A stretch of 63,998 nucleotides of DNA, counting the filler, from Ionaspis alba (lineage: Eukaryota): assembly GCA_964255285.1 (NCBI GenBank). It is 8 parts of 8 records of this genome, joined end to end, with 100 filler letters (N's around TTAATTAATTAA, not from the genome) between each part and the next. Parts side by side here need not be neighbours in the genome. Positions count along the whole stretch, not along the records: positions 33,026 to 41,148 come from CAXUUL010000769.1; positions 41,249 to 49,369 come from CAXUUL010000770.1; positions 49,470 to 57,583 come from CAXUUL010000771.1; 5 more parts are not named here. One strand, given 5' to 3'. Under the pieces are notes generated by a model. That model saw nothing but the letters and a program-made list of their open reading frames with translations. It ran no database searches and was not told where the DNA came from. How positions within the stretch are numbered: the stretch's first letter is position 1; every line of letters starts with the position of its first letter. Made by a program: the position numbers and the translations under genes. This document shows, one piece after another, positions 39,937 to 52,269 of the stretch.

Positions 39937-41148
39937 ATGGCTTCTTCCTCAACAATCCCAACTTATCCATCTGCCAAATCCTCATCCAATCTCCCTCTCT
40001 CAGCTCCCTCTCCATCCGAACCACGCAAACTCTATACCACTGCATCTCTCCATACACACTTTGGCCATCCAGTCACCCACCTCACAACACTCAACTCAAC
40101 ACTCCACAACCCTCATCGTCTCGCTTTCGTTTGTCTCTCCCATGATCCTGTGCCTAACTTCACGGAGGAAGGGCAAGTACTCGCTAGTGATAACTTGTGG
40201 CTTCTAGAAGAGGTTGAAGCACGCTTGGAATGGGAGAGATCGTGGAAGGAGAGGGAGACCCTTCGAAAGAAGGAGATCGAAGCAAGAGAGAAGGAGTGGG
40301 ACTTGGATGCCTTCGAAGGCATCCTGACCGAGAAGAAGAGGGCCGGGAATGGAGTGGACCTGCTGACGGGAGACCAGGAGGAAGAAGAGGAAGAAGAGGT
40401 AGTAGAGAAGAAGGACCCGAGAGAAGAGAACGTCGACAATAAGTGGGTCAGCAATGACTTAATCGACTTGGGGGAAGGCGTCAAGGAAGTGCCTGTACCC
40501 AAGGGCGCAGTGGGAACCTTGATCGATATTGGGGACGTCATCCTCAGCGAGAAAGATTCGACAATTGCTCCTTTAAACAATGGTAGTAGACCGTGGGAGC
40601 TCGACCATGCCAGCGTTGGACAAGACATCGTCTGGGACGGGTACGAAGAGGATGAAACTTCTTCGGTCCAGTCTCCCAAGCTGGACAGTTCGGCGATGAA
40701 GCCGTATCTGCTCAGCCCGGAGACAATTCACTCTCGACCCCTTCCTGCGGCCAGTCCATCCTGGCAGACATACCTACCACCTGTACATCACGAACCCGCC
40801 CCACTGCCTTACATCCCTCCTCCACCTCCCGAACCAATCATCCCTGTCTTCCTCGCCACTTCCTTCCGCCTCCCCAACAGCGTTCATTCGCAGAGCGCCT
40901 GGCACTGCCTCGGCTGGTTCACAATCAGCAAGATCTCGTACTATGGACCAGGCGAGCAAAGACTAGCCGAAGCACTATCTCAAGTGATTCCGAACGAGGA
41001 GGCCTTCTTCGATCTATACCTGAAGCATATGACAAAGACTTGGGCAGGGATCACCTTGAAGGTGGCAGAAGGGGTGGAGACGCACCCGATGCAGGGGGTT
41101 GAGGGATTTTGGTGGAAGGAAGAGGTGGTGGGACGGAAGGTGGATGGT
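39937..41148 (+). CDS. Hypothetical protein with acidic and Pro-rich tracts, 3'-truncated
   Basis: >400-codon open frame running into the linker; no family recognised. Confidence 0.65.
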
Positions 41149-41248
41149 NNNNNNNNNNNNNNNNNNNNNNNNNNNNNNNNNNNNNNNNNNNNTTAATTAA
41201 TTAANNNNNNNNNNNNNNNNNNNNNNNNNNNNNNNNNNNNNNNNNNNN
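41149..41248. other. Artificial contig linker
   Basis: N-TTAATTAATTAA-N. Confidence 0.99.
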
Positions 41249-42489
41249 TGCACAGGTAAGTGTTGAATGATAACAAGCATTCACTCACCTTCACAATGAC
41301 CTCAGGCCAAAACGTGCCCCGCAACACTACAAGTCGTCAGCATAATCTTCGAGCATGTGCAATGCAAACAATCTTGATGGTGTGGATGCTCGCCAGACTC
41401 GAATCAACAAGATACAACAATTACAAAAACACAGATGACACGTGACTATGGGCACAAGAAGGAGCAGTCCCTCAACCTCTGCAGTCTCCTATCCAAGCAC
41501 CGACCAAGGAAAGGTGGTCAACTTACAGCAAGAAAACCGGGCGCCCAGCACCCAAAGCCTAAGGACCAACCACCACCACCACACTTCCGAAACTTCCTCT
41601 GCAAATGTTCATATATATACAACTCCGTACTGGCTCTGACCAGCAGAGACCAGCAGGAGATGCGCAAGGACAACTCTCACAATTCGGAATCGGTACAGCT
41701 TCCCACCCCTCTGCATGACCTCTTCATTCAATGCCCCTTCTCTTACAGCAATCGTGCCCTGAATCTGTACACTGACCGTCTGGGTCCACTTCCCAGAACG
41801 ACGGATCTCTTATACCTGCTGGAATAGTTAGTGCCTGTGTCACTCTGCGCAATGCTAGGTTGTGTACTCACGCACCTGAACTTGAGCTACTCATCACATG
41901 CCGCCACACAGTGAACAGAGTAGCGAGGTTGCTGCAAGACGATGACGAAGCTGAGGTCCCGGCCGCATCTCTCATCGGAGCAGTAGCATTGGCTTGCCGA
42001 GTCCAGCTCGAAGATCCGCACGACCAGAGACACTCGAATCGACAGGAAAAGAGTCAGGAACAGAAGAAAATGGAGAGAAGAGAGAACAGCCCTGTTCAGG
42101 ACGGTGGCCAGTCCATGGAATACCTTCCGACAAGTGATACCAACACACTGCTCCGTGACGGGTGGAAAGCGGACTTGCTGGCGGTGTTATATGTTCACCC
42201 CGGCGACTTACAACGTTGGAATGGTAGAAAAAAGTCGATCCAGGGTCTTCAGGAGTTACCGGCTAGATCTCGAGGTCGCTACCAAGAGCTGACTTGCACC
42301 GGAAGATGAAAGGCTGAGGTCGGATCGTGGAATTCGTTCGTGACAACCACTTCAATCGCGAAGCTAGGTATGGTGTTTGAGCTATGATTCGAAGTAGAAG
42401 ACAGACCGCAGACGCTTATGGCTGGTGCAAGCTATGCTTTGTGAAGGGTAGAGGAGCTGTGCAGGGGAAAAAGAGGTGAAGGGGCGACA

Positions 42490-43810
42490 AAGGTAAAAAG
42501 GTAAGGTCAGGTCAGAAGTCCCTACATCGCAACAACTTCAGCTAATAACCTAAGCATGATAGTTGGGCTATTCTGAGGAGGAAGAGTAGTAACATCGAAG
42601 CCATGCATGGTTGTTGTGAGATCTGGAGTGCGACTTGTCAAGGATGGGTTGTTGGCGAAAGGGGGAATAGTGTAGGTCAGGTCGGGAGCTTGTTTGACGT
42701 GACGAATTCAGCTGACAGAACCAGTGCGATAGTAGAGCCATGCTGAGAGGTAGAATAGCGTCGGAGATGGTTTTGTGTGTTGTGTACTGAGCTGTGAGTT
42801 TTCGATGGTGGGTCAAGCGCGAAAGGGGCGTGTAGGTGAGGTGAGATCGGAAGCTCGCACGACGTGGGAACTCCAGCTGACAGAGAAAGCGTGATAGTCA
42901 AGTCTTGCTACAGTATAAACCCAGCGTCGGAGATGATCTTGGGTGTCCTGAAGTACGAGTTGATGATTTTTGAGGTAGGTCAGGAGCGAAAGGGGTATGG
43001 TGGTGAGATCAGGTTGGGAGTTCATTCGAGCTAACAACGCCAGCTGAAGCATCCAGCGTGAAAGTCGAGCATATTGTGATTGAGAAGAAGCGTCGGAGAT
43101 GGATTTGCTCAGTATATGGTGTGTGAGAGTTGCTGTCGTGGGGTGGTTGGCTGTGGAGGTGTAAGATGTTGAAGTAGGTCGGTGGCTTGTTCGTCTCAAA
43201 GACTCCAGCTGACTGCGTAAGCGTGATAGTCAGGGTTCTGTTGATAGAGAAGAAGCGTCGGAGATGATTTGTGTTGCTGTGCTCGAAGTGTGGAAGGTCT
43301 GTTACGGGGAAGTTGGTTGTGGCGGTGTAAGCTGTTGAGGTAGGTCGGTGGCTCGTTCATCTCAGAAGCTCTAGCTGACTATGCAAGCATCATCGACAAG
43401 CTTCGGATTATGGAGAAGTGACACCGGAGATAATTCACGTTGCTGTTGTCGTGTTGTGGAACGTCTGTCGTGGGGTGAATAATTGTGGTGTAGATTTCGA
43501 GGTAGGTCGGTGGCTCATGCAGCTCAGAGACTCTAGCTGACAACATAAGCATGATACTCAAGTATCTGGTGATAGAGGAGCGGCGCCGGAGATGATTCCA
43601 ACTACTGTGGTCGAAATGTGTGAAGTGCTGGTCGACTGCGCGAAAGTACGAGGTGAGATGTCGTCGCCAGGTCGGTGTATCAGGACGTGACAACCATCTT
43701 ACTTGACAAAGTAAGGATGAGACTTAAGCTTGAAGTGTGATAGAAGAGACCACGGAGATGAAAGAGAGAACTTCAGGAGTCATTGTCGTCGTGGTGCAGT
43801 GAGGTAGGAG
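42490..43810. repeat. Degenerate ~166-bp tandem repeat array, about 8 units
   Basis: (GCGT)CGGAGAT recurs at ~42758, 42924, 43090, 43255, 43423, 43584, 43750; (C/T)AGCTRA at ~42539, 42709, 42875, 43041, 43207, 43373, 43534; GTAGGTCGGTGGCT at ~43174, 43340, 43502. Confidence 0.88.
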
Positions 43811-44807
43811 GTATCGAGGGTGACTGGGAACATGGTGAGCAAGCCTCTCACGCTGTGCCCTGCACGGTAGACGCTAGAAGAACATTCGATCTGTTGACGA
43901 GGTGATCTTTCGAAAAAGAGATAGGGAGCAGTGAGCAGAAGATGATTATGGTGAAGATGGGAAAGACGCGGCTGGGGTTGGGGGCTGTGTGGGATTTATG
44001 GAAGGGGTAAACAATATCTTACGACTAGCCCCGTCTTTTTCATCGATCTGAAACAAAGGAGCTCCCAGCAACTTATCCAATACACCCTACCTGGATAGAA
44101 ACGATGGGCTTTTCTACTAGGTCCTTGATACCCTGCATGCGAGAGCGAGACGGACTGTTGCCATAGGAGAAGGCACTCGGCAACTGGTCCAGGTGTCAGT
44201 GGTTCCGGCTTTAATTCACAGCCTTGGTCGATCAGCAGTCGACTGTTGAAGGGATCCACTACATAGGAGATTGAAGAGAGCGAGCATTAAGGGTACCATG
44301 GCAGCCTTTAGTAACTTGAAGGGGAAGCCGATAAGCAGTTTCATTTTGTTCTTTTGTCTAAGGAAATAGATTGCTACAGGTGTTTGTAGTAAAGAAACAA
44401 ATTTGCACTTAGCCAATTGCTCTCACAACTCCAAGCTGATCTCTGAAGCAACCAGCTTCCTCCACAGTCATCTCCGCGCTAGAGGGCTTGTGCCTACCGA
44501 AACATAGTATACTCTGATGTTTCTTAAGCAGAGTTGCCGACGCCAATCTAGTCAATATCGTAACCTTGATTTGATGGGCGACTTGCGAAAGTCCTTCACG
44601 GGATACTCTTGAGGCTGGCAAGGCTGATATGCGAAGCGCATGCATGATCTGAGACTAAATCTATAAAGCCAATACCATTAGACTGTTCCTCCTTTCCTTG
44701 ACAATGAGAATGGTACTGTCCAGTGCAAGACCTCAAATGGACGGCAATAAGGAAAAGTAGCAACCCACCAGCAACAATCCACAAATAGTCCATTCAATGC
44801 GTGAAGT

Positions 44808-46776
44808 TCAAATCGCCTTGGTACGGGAGAACAAAGAGCTGTAGACTGCATCAACCACAGGCTGGGCGCTGATCTGGCGACCTCCGAAGAATCGGCCGTT
44901 AAGACCCTTGATGGCATTCTCGCCTCCCTGAACTCGATCGAACTTGAGGTAAATGTCGCCTGGTGTATTGGCATCTAGAGAAATGTGAACCACATGACCA
45001 TATTTCTCTTCGCACTCAGCCCGGACATCGTCTTCGAGCTCCTTTATCCACGCATCGCCTTCTTCTCTGTGGCATACATTAGTACAGCGGAGACTAGACA
45101 GGGCAGGAAGAGCATACTCAGCTGGATTGAACATGTTCCGAAGCAGAACACAGCGACTGGCCATATTAACACTAACAGGTAGAGGTTTCACCTCGGTCTT
45201 CGGCTTATTGGCCTTCCGCTTCTCGTCGGCGGCAGCAGCTTCCGCGGCGGGCTCATCTGTACGCGCAAGTTTTCTCATCAATGCATCTCTGCTGTAGTTA
45301 TTGAAGTTGACACCTGCAACATCTGTATCATCGAGGGCACTTGCACCTCCAGCACCTTTCTCGTTGTCTCGGCCTCCGGCTCGATCAAAGGCACCGCCGA
45401 CACCACCAGCTTGAGCGCCACGACCTCCTTGCCCTGAAAAGGCAGAACCCTGGTAGTTGCGTTGGTATTCTTGCCCCTGGAACCTTTGCAATAGATTGGC
45501 GGTAGACTCGGGGGTAAACTTATCGTTTCCGAGACCCACCCGGATTGGGCGTCCAGCTAGGTCGAAACCATTCATCTTCTCTAGAGCTTCACGTGCTTGT
45601 GCGGGATCGTGGAATCTGGACAACGTGATTAGTTATATAATCTTTCATTGCGCTTCATGTGTATGCTTACTGTACGAATCCATAGCCTCTGCTTCGACCT
45701 TGCTCTTCCTTCTGTAACTGGACAAAATCGAGTTCCCCGAATGGCTCGAAAACGTTCTGCAGATCACTCTCAGTGATGCTGAAGTGGATATTTCCTACGT
45801 AAAGTCTGTGAAATGGTATCTGGTTTGGGTTGTTGCTAGTTGCCTCGGGATTGCGGGCTTGGCGGTTCTTCTCGGCTTCCGTGAGCTGAGCGATGATGGG
45901 AATCCCTAGAAGCTTTTGCCCAGTAAGCTGGATAGCTAAAGGTACCGATTCTTCTTGCTTGAACTCGACATAGCCAACACTGGTGGAAGTTAGTAAGAGT
46001 CATAGTATGGGAGTGGAATATGCTCACCCTTTGGATCTTCCACTGACTCTATCCTTCACAATTTGTGCTTCCTTAACCGGGCCGACCTTCTCAAAGAAAG
46101 CAATGAGCTCCTTGGTTCTTAGCCTAGCGGCAAGTTGCTGAACGAAGACGGTACGTCTATCACGCTCGTCTTCTGTAGGTTGTGGTGTGGGAGACTTTGG
46201 CTTTTCTCTCTTAGGGCTTGGAGTCCGTTTGCGACCTCCATTGCGCTCTCGACGTGGGCTATGTTCTCGGTTCCTATCATCGTCATCTCGACGGCTTCTT
46301 CCACCAGGACGATAGTATCTGTCATCGTTAGGTGACCTCGAGCGGGAACGAATTCGGCCACCACCACGATAAAAGTCCCCACCTGACCCGCGACGGGCGT
46401 CGTCATAATCTGGAGAGTCGCGATGGCGACGGGAGTGGCGTCGGTCATCACCACGGCTTCGACTTCTACGTCTGCTTCGATGGCTTCCATTGGCACTTCC
46501 TCCACCAGGGCTCTTCATCAGATCATCTCTATCCACATCTTTGTCCTTCCTTGCTCGATCTTTACTTGACCTGCGACTCCGATCTTTGCTTCGCTCACGA
46601 CGTTTCCGATCCCGATCCCGGTCTCGACTGCCGTCACGGTAGCGGTCTCGGTCTCGACGATCGCTTCGATCGCTTTTGTGACGGTCGCCATGATCTCTGG
46701 ATTTGGTCTCTTTGGGATCGGAGGATGCTGAAGCAGCAGTGGATTCTAGAAGCGCTTCTACGTCAAGACCAGACAT
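44808..46776 (-). CDS. RBM39/CAPER-like splicing factor (Pad-1/Rsd1), RS domain plus 3 RRM/UHM, multi-exon
   Basis: RS/RD-rich N-terminus; [79 protein letters not shown]. Confidence 0.95.
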
Positions 46777-47460
46777 TTTGAATGGAAGATTGGCTCCTGT
46801 GTTGATGGGCGGATGGATAGGTTGATGGAAGGGTTCGTCACTTTGGGCTGGTCAGAATCTTCACGGGTGTGACAATACTTTTTGAGCGAACCCTTTTAGT
46901 TGAATTTGTTCTCGTAAATGGTAGCTCTTGGTTGACTAGTAGATGTAGCAAGATTCGCGTCCAGGATCTCGAAGTTGTGCAGCAGGAGTATGTTCTGACG
47001 ACTTGACAGTCGAGAGATCGGGCGGAGTCTAGAAATGTTCTTCAGTGTTCACACGGCATGTCACGTGGTGGCAGGAAACCTTCTTTTTAGCCTTATTTAC
47101 CTTTCTACGCATGCCGTTGGCCGCTAAAGTAACTTTGGTAGAATATCTCTAAGGCGCATAATCAGACAGCACACCGCAAGAGTTCTATAACGTATTGACC
47201 ATACAGATTTGGGTTTACTAAAGGAGATCATGTTTCGTGGAGAGTTGGGTACTGTTCAAGATAGAATCGGCTAACAGTACTCCGTATGTAGAACAAAGTC
47301 TTATAACATAGAGACCAACCATTAAGAGTTCGATTTGCTTATAATTAGGGTAGTCGCTTCGTCATTCGCTCAAGTGCATTAAAAGACGCCATCCTGTGAC
47401 TCTAATGCCAAATGCAGAGCCTTCACACTCAGTATATACAATCGCTGCGATGAAAGCCGA

Positions 47461-48012
47461 TCAATTCGTCTTAAGAGAAACAGGCGGTGCCAATTCTGTA
47501 CCAAACACCCGATCCCAAAATCTACTGGACACGCCAAACCCGTTTTCGTAATCAGCGAAGTGATGTTGAAGGTGGTATTTCTTGAGCTCGCGATAGTACG
47601 AGGGAAGACTATTCGGCAGTCAGTTTTTATCCGAAATCATTGGATGTCNNNNNNNNNNNNNNNNNNNNNNNNNNNNNNNNNNNNNNNNNNNNNNNNNNNN
47701 NNNNNNNNNNNNNNNNNNNNNNNNNNNNNNNNNNNNNNNNNNNNNNNNAGGTTCTGTAGCGACAAAGCCAATGAGGTGTTCGTCCAGGATTTCATATGCG
47801 GATTCGGAATGCGTGTGTGAGATCTCATCGCCCATGATTGCGGAGACGTCCTTTCCGCCGTATTCGAGGATTAGGTCGCCGCCGCCGGGGTGATCGGATA
47901 GGAAAGGTGTGATGTCGAAGACTTTCGTGCCCATTGTTACGTAGCATGATTTGGAGGTGTTGCGGGAGGAGAGGTCGGTGGAGAGGATGGTTGGGAGGAT
48001 GCGGCCCGGCAT
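47461..48012 (-). CDS. SCS7: Sphingolipid alpha-hydroxylase (cytochrome b5 plus fatty acid hydroxylase); middle hidden in the 100-N gap
   Basis: N-terminal FLSDHPGGGDLILEYGGKDV...HTHSESAY; last exon LPSYYRELKKYHLQHHFADYENGFGVSSRFWDRVFGT*. Confidence 0.9.
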
Positions 48013-48407
48013 CGTGGTGGATTGGTGCTGTGTATCGATCTGGTAGAAACGTAGATGGGGCTGTTGTCTAGATAGAGTCGAGAGTATTTGGTTATGAAGA
48101 ACAAGTATTGAGGTAAGGAACGACTGAAGGTGAATGGTTTGGTGTTTGTCGAATTAGGAGAATGGCAGCAGAGAAATTAGTTCCTTTCGTCAGCAACGTT
48201 ATTCGAGGCGTGGCGAAAGGGGACCTTAATCTGAACCGCCGAGAAAAGACGCAGGGATTTGCTAGCGTTGGAACCATAGAACAGTTTTACCAGCGGAGTT
48301 ATCTCCGCCATGTCGACCAATTCAAATATCAAATCGTAATTATGTTAACAGAACGTTCGGTCCCAGCTTGATATTATTTACTGTCTAAGAGTTACGGCGT
48401 GTATATT

Positions 48408-49322
48408 CTATAAACGTGGAATCCACTTCCCCGGATGCCACCACCCCAAAATCCCAACGGCCACAACCACAGGCGCAAATTCCAAAGGCCCAAAGAATGC
48501 CTCATGACTGCTCAGAAAGCCCATTACCCCTTCCGCAGTCTCTGCCAAGCGAAAGCACGTTCTCAAATAGATCAGCAAGCTCGCAACCACCACGGCCACA
48601 GTAAACTGCATCATCCCACCCTCTCCCCTTGACGACGTCCCCTTCCTCGCCTTGAAAATGAACAACCCCAACAACCACAGAAAGACAAAAAACGCAAAGA
48701 CCTGAAACGCCAATCCCGCAAGCAAAATATCATTCGCCGTCTTCGGATCCTTCCGATTAGTCTCCGCAGACCCAATCAGCGCCGCGCCCGCGACCTGCAC
48801 AACCGTCGCACCGACATCACAACCAATGAAGATCCCCAAGATCGCCTTCCTCTTCAATCCCAGCGGACTGTAAACTTCTCCCAGCGCGGCAATCAGCGTC
48901 GTCAAGACCGTGTAGATGGCTGCGCTGAAGAACACGGGCGCGACCACGATGAAGAAATACTGCACGACGAAATTGATCACGTTGTACGGATCCCCGACCG
49001 GTGGACGGGCAGATCTCAGGCGGAATACGTAGCCGACGAGCTCGAAGACGCAGCCGATGAGGATGAGGATGGAAAAAGCCCGCGTGCGGTGCAGGTAGAA
49101 GCGGATGCTGTGTATGAGGAGGCAGAGGGCGTAGAGGACCAGGGCGAGGATGGAGACGGCGAGGCTGGGGATGTAGCTGGGGAGGTTAGTATTAGCTGGG
49201 AGGTATGAGGAAGGGGGCTGGGTGGGGAGGTACCCGTAGATGATGATGTCGGCGTCGTTGTCGCCTAAAGGACTGGGGAGTGTTGGGTCGACGTAGCCAC
49301 TGTGGGGTGGAGGTTGGGACAT
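48408..49322 (-). CDS. RTA1-like lipid-translocating exporter (1 intron)
   Basis: IIYGY[intron]PSLA, FELVGYVFR, FFIVVAPVFFSAAIY, FIGCDV..VVQVAG, ILLAGLAFQ, RTCFRLAETAEG, WHPG. Confidence 0.9.
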   Translation of the reverse strand: MSQPPPHSGYVDPTLPSPLGDNDADIIIYGYLPTQPPSSYLPANTNLPSYIPSLAVSILALVLYALCLLIHSIRFYLHRTRAFSILILIGCVFELVGYVFRLRSARPPVGDPYNVINFVVQYFFIVVAPVFFSAAIYTVLTTLIAALGEVYSPLGLKRKAILGIFIGCDVGATVVQVAGAALIGSAETNRKDPKTANDILLAGLAFQVFAFFVFLWLLGLFIFKARKGTSSRGEGGMMQFTVAVVVASLLIYLRTCFRLAETAEGVMGFLSSHEAFFGPLEFAPVVVAVGILGWWHPGKWIPRL

Positions 49323-49369
49323 TGTGGTGGTGACGGTGGAGGAGGCTTGAGAATGAGAAGGTAGCAACG

Positions 49370-49469
49370 NNNNNNNNNNNNNNNNNNNNNNNNNNNNNNN
49401 NNNNNNNNNNNNNTTAATTAATTAANNNNNNNNNNNNNNNNNNNNNNNNNNNNNNNNNNNNNNNNNNNN
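49370..49469. other. Artificial contig linker
   Basis: N-TTAATTAATTAA-N. Confidence 0.99.
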
Positions 49470-49477
49470 TCTCACTC

Positions 49478-50170
49478 TCAAGTCCGTGGTGGTCGACCCT
49501 CGAATCTCCTAGGCCTCTCAATGACCTGCTGCTGGCTGACGGCAACGACATTAACAGGGATGGAATCGAACTATATTTCAACAATTAGCAGCACATCCCC
49601 AAGACGACCCACTCCTCATCTAGCTTGTAGAACAAAATGACTTACCCCAAGGCTCTTCAACAAATCCTTCGTCTCCCCGTCCACGTCGAGTTGTCCGCTG
49701 TCGCTGTTCTGCGTAAAGTCCAAAGCCGAAATCTCCGGCACGTATTGATCCTTTCGCTCACGCTCCTCTTCCTGTAGCTTGAAGGAGATACCACGAACTG
49801 GGCCACGTTGAATACGTTTCATAAGATGAGTGGTGTAGCCAGCGATCTGTGATAGTATTATGTTAGTCGCGGTGCCAGGAAGACGGGAGTAGTTAATGCT
49901 TGAGAATGACTGACTTTGTTCCTCAATCGCTTGCTGGCAATGATGGCAATTTCATCACAGATACGCTTGTTAGTTTCGAAGTCTAGAGTGAGCTTTGGGT
50001 AGTAGCGCTCGATGATGACTTTGGCCGACTTCTTGACGGTCTGGTGGACACAAAAAAGTGGTCAGCGAGAAATCTAACCAAGTCTACGACGATGACGCCC
50101 AGGAAAGATTTTCTGATAACATAGTATTGAGAGGCGTCTGCAAACATACCTTAGTACGAACGCGACCCAT
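49478..50170 (-). CDS. RPS17: 40S ribosomal protein S17 (eS17), 4 exons
   Basis: [87 protein letters not shown]. Confidence 0.98.
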
Positions 50171-50383
50171 AATGGCGGTTGAGAATTGGGGATTGAAGTT
50201 ACGATGTCAAAATACCCGTCCAGTTGACATTCAAGTTCGCGATATTCGCTTAATTGCGAATGTGGGCGGCTAGTGTATCACGTGATGCGCCAAGGCATCA
50301 AAGAAGGATGCGAGCACGATTGAATGTGGCACAAAGACTTCGATAGCGGCTTTCCTGTGTGCTATGTATACATCGATAAACAT

Positions 50384-51948
50384 CTATACAGAGCTACCCC
50401 TAGTTTGATCATCTAACAACCCCAGTATTCTCTGATTGTCCGCTGCCTTTGGATATCTCAACCGTGAGGAACGAGTAGACCCAGTAGCGAGCTCTGGGAC
50501 CTCCCTATCGGCTCCTTTCACGACATCGCCTACCACCAAGTTCTTGTCAAGCTCTCCTTCCCAGACAGCAAGAGTATTGGGATCAGCCTTGTGAAGAGAA
50601 AGCTTGATCCTACCCTTAGCGTCAATGCTTGCCCTTCTAGGATGGAGCCACAACTTTGAGCCGCCAATGACATCGGGATCGAACTTAGTAGATTCTGGAC
50701 TCCGGCTATCATGGAATGGCTTGTCGACATCGTCAGTTCCGACCACTCCTCCAACACCCACCATAATCCTGTTCTGCCTGGAGCCTCCCGAGGACGTGGC
50801 GTACTGTACAATGCGTCCTTGTATGGGTGGTTGCGAATTCATCGGACCAAGTACGGGATGATTTGGAACAGTCGAAGCTGTGCGAAGGTACGAAAGACCT
50901 GCAGATGGGTGGGTCGTAGGAGGCCCTTGATTGATATCAAACTCGCTGGTCGATAAGCCATTGGCCGACGCCATGTAATCTGCCACATGTGACCCTGTCT
51001 GGGGTGGTTGGCCGGGCAGGTCCAGGAATTGCCAGATAAGAACCCAGAGGTCTGTTGTTTCCTGCCGTAGCTTGATGATACCTCGGCGCAGCTCCTCATC
51101 TGTAATCTCCATGGCCTTCTTTGAAACAGCTTCGGCCCGTTCGCCTCTGGCAGTTGCAGCCCCCAAAAGACTTGCAGCCTTCTTCTCCCTCAGCCAAGAC
51201 CGAATGAATCTCTGGAATTCTGGTCGACGTCTCTTGATTTCGCCATTGACGTAGTCCTGGAATTCGCCCTCGGTCTTGCCAGCAAGCCAAGGACCCTTGT
51301 ACTTCCATCGCTTTTTATCACTCACAAGATTCTCGCCACTTGCTTCGGTACTGTTGAGCTCGTCTTCGAAAACACTCTTCGCGGGACCAGCGAACGAGCG
51401 CGACTGGCTTTGGCGACTGGTTACCGAGGGCATACTGATAGGTATATGCATTTCCTGCCATTTCCGCAGTGTAAGAGCATGATCTGAAGCGGAGCTGTAA
51501 TCGGTGATGTGGTCTATTGAGTCGATCGCGGCCACACGGATTGTAGGTGTTGTCGTAGCTGCTGTAGATTTTTGTGGTAGAGGCCGTTTGAGGCCCCAAT
51601 CACCGCGCGAAAGGGATGATTGTGTGGTTTCTATGGCCGCATGCGTTGGGTAAGGTAGAGTGGATGTATCGGAATCGAAGACAGTGGACGACGAGTAAGG
51701 TTCATGGCTCGGACGAGGTAATGGCGGNNNNNNNNNNNNNNNNNNNNNNNNNNNNNNNNNNNNNNNNNNNNNNNNNNNNNNNNNNNNNNNNNNNNNNNNN
51801 NNNNNNNNNNNNNNNNNNNNNNNNNNNAATCGAAGACAGTGGACGACGAGTAAGGTTCATGGCTCGGACGAGGTAATGGCGGCGGTAAGGAGAACAATCT
51901 GGAATGTCGGAGCAGATTTGCGGTGGGAGACAATATTTTTGTGGCCAT
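50384..51948 (-). CDS. MRP51: Mitochondrial ribosomal protein bS1m (MRP51-like), split by a false gap
   Basis: LSPTANLLRHSRLFSLP...PYPTHAAIET...SRGDWGLKRPLP...IDSIDHITDYSSA...KWQEM...KGPWLAG...THPSAGLSY. Confidence 0.87.
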
Positions 51949-52269
51949 TGCCACAGAGAAATGGTGCTCACAAGCTGATACCACAGAATCAGAGAGTGCC
52001 TTGATTAGAATTAGAGTCTGGTGAAATGAAGCAGGGATAGTTCCTTAGCGCCAAGCTAGGCCACATCATACCACTTAGTGGAGAGTAGATTACAACTATA
52101 ACTCAGTCCTAGCCAATCAAAAGCGGATGGAATACATTCAATCTCGAAGACTGTATAGCATACTACTACTGTATCGTCATTTCTTCTGTTGTACAATAGA
52201 ACAACAGGCCAGCCAGCTCCAATTAGTGATGGGTATCAACACGTGTATTCCCAAGCTTCCTGATGAACG

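Noticed and set aside
42490..43810. CRISPR array or hammerhead/snoRNA array
   Set aside because: Eukaryotic context, no cas genes, inter-motif segments are homologous to each other, and no consistent CUGAUGA/GAAA core or C/D box pair was seen
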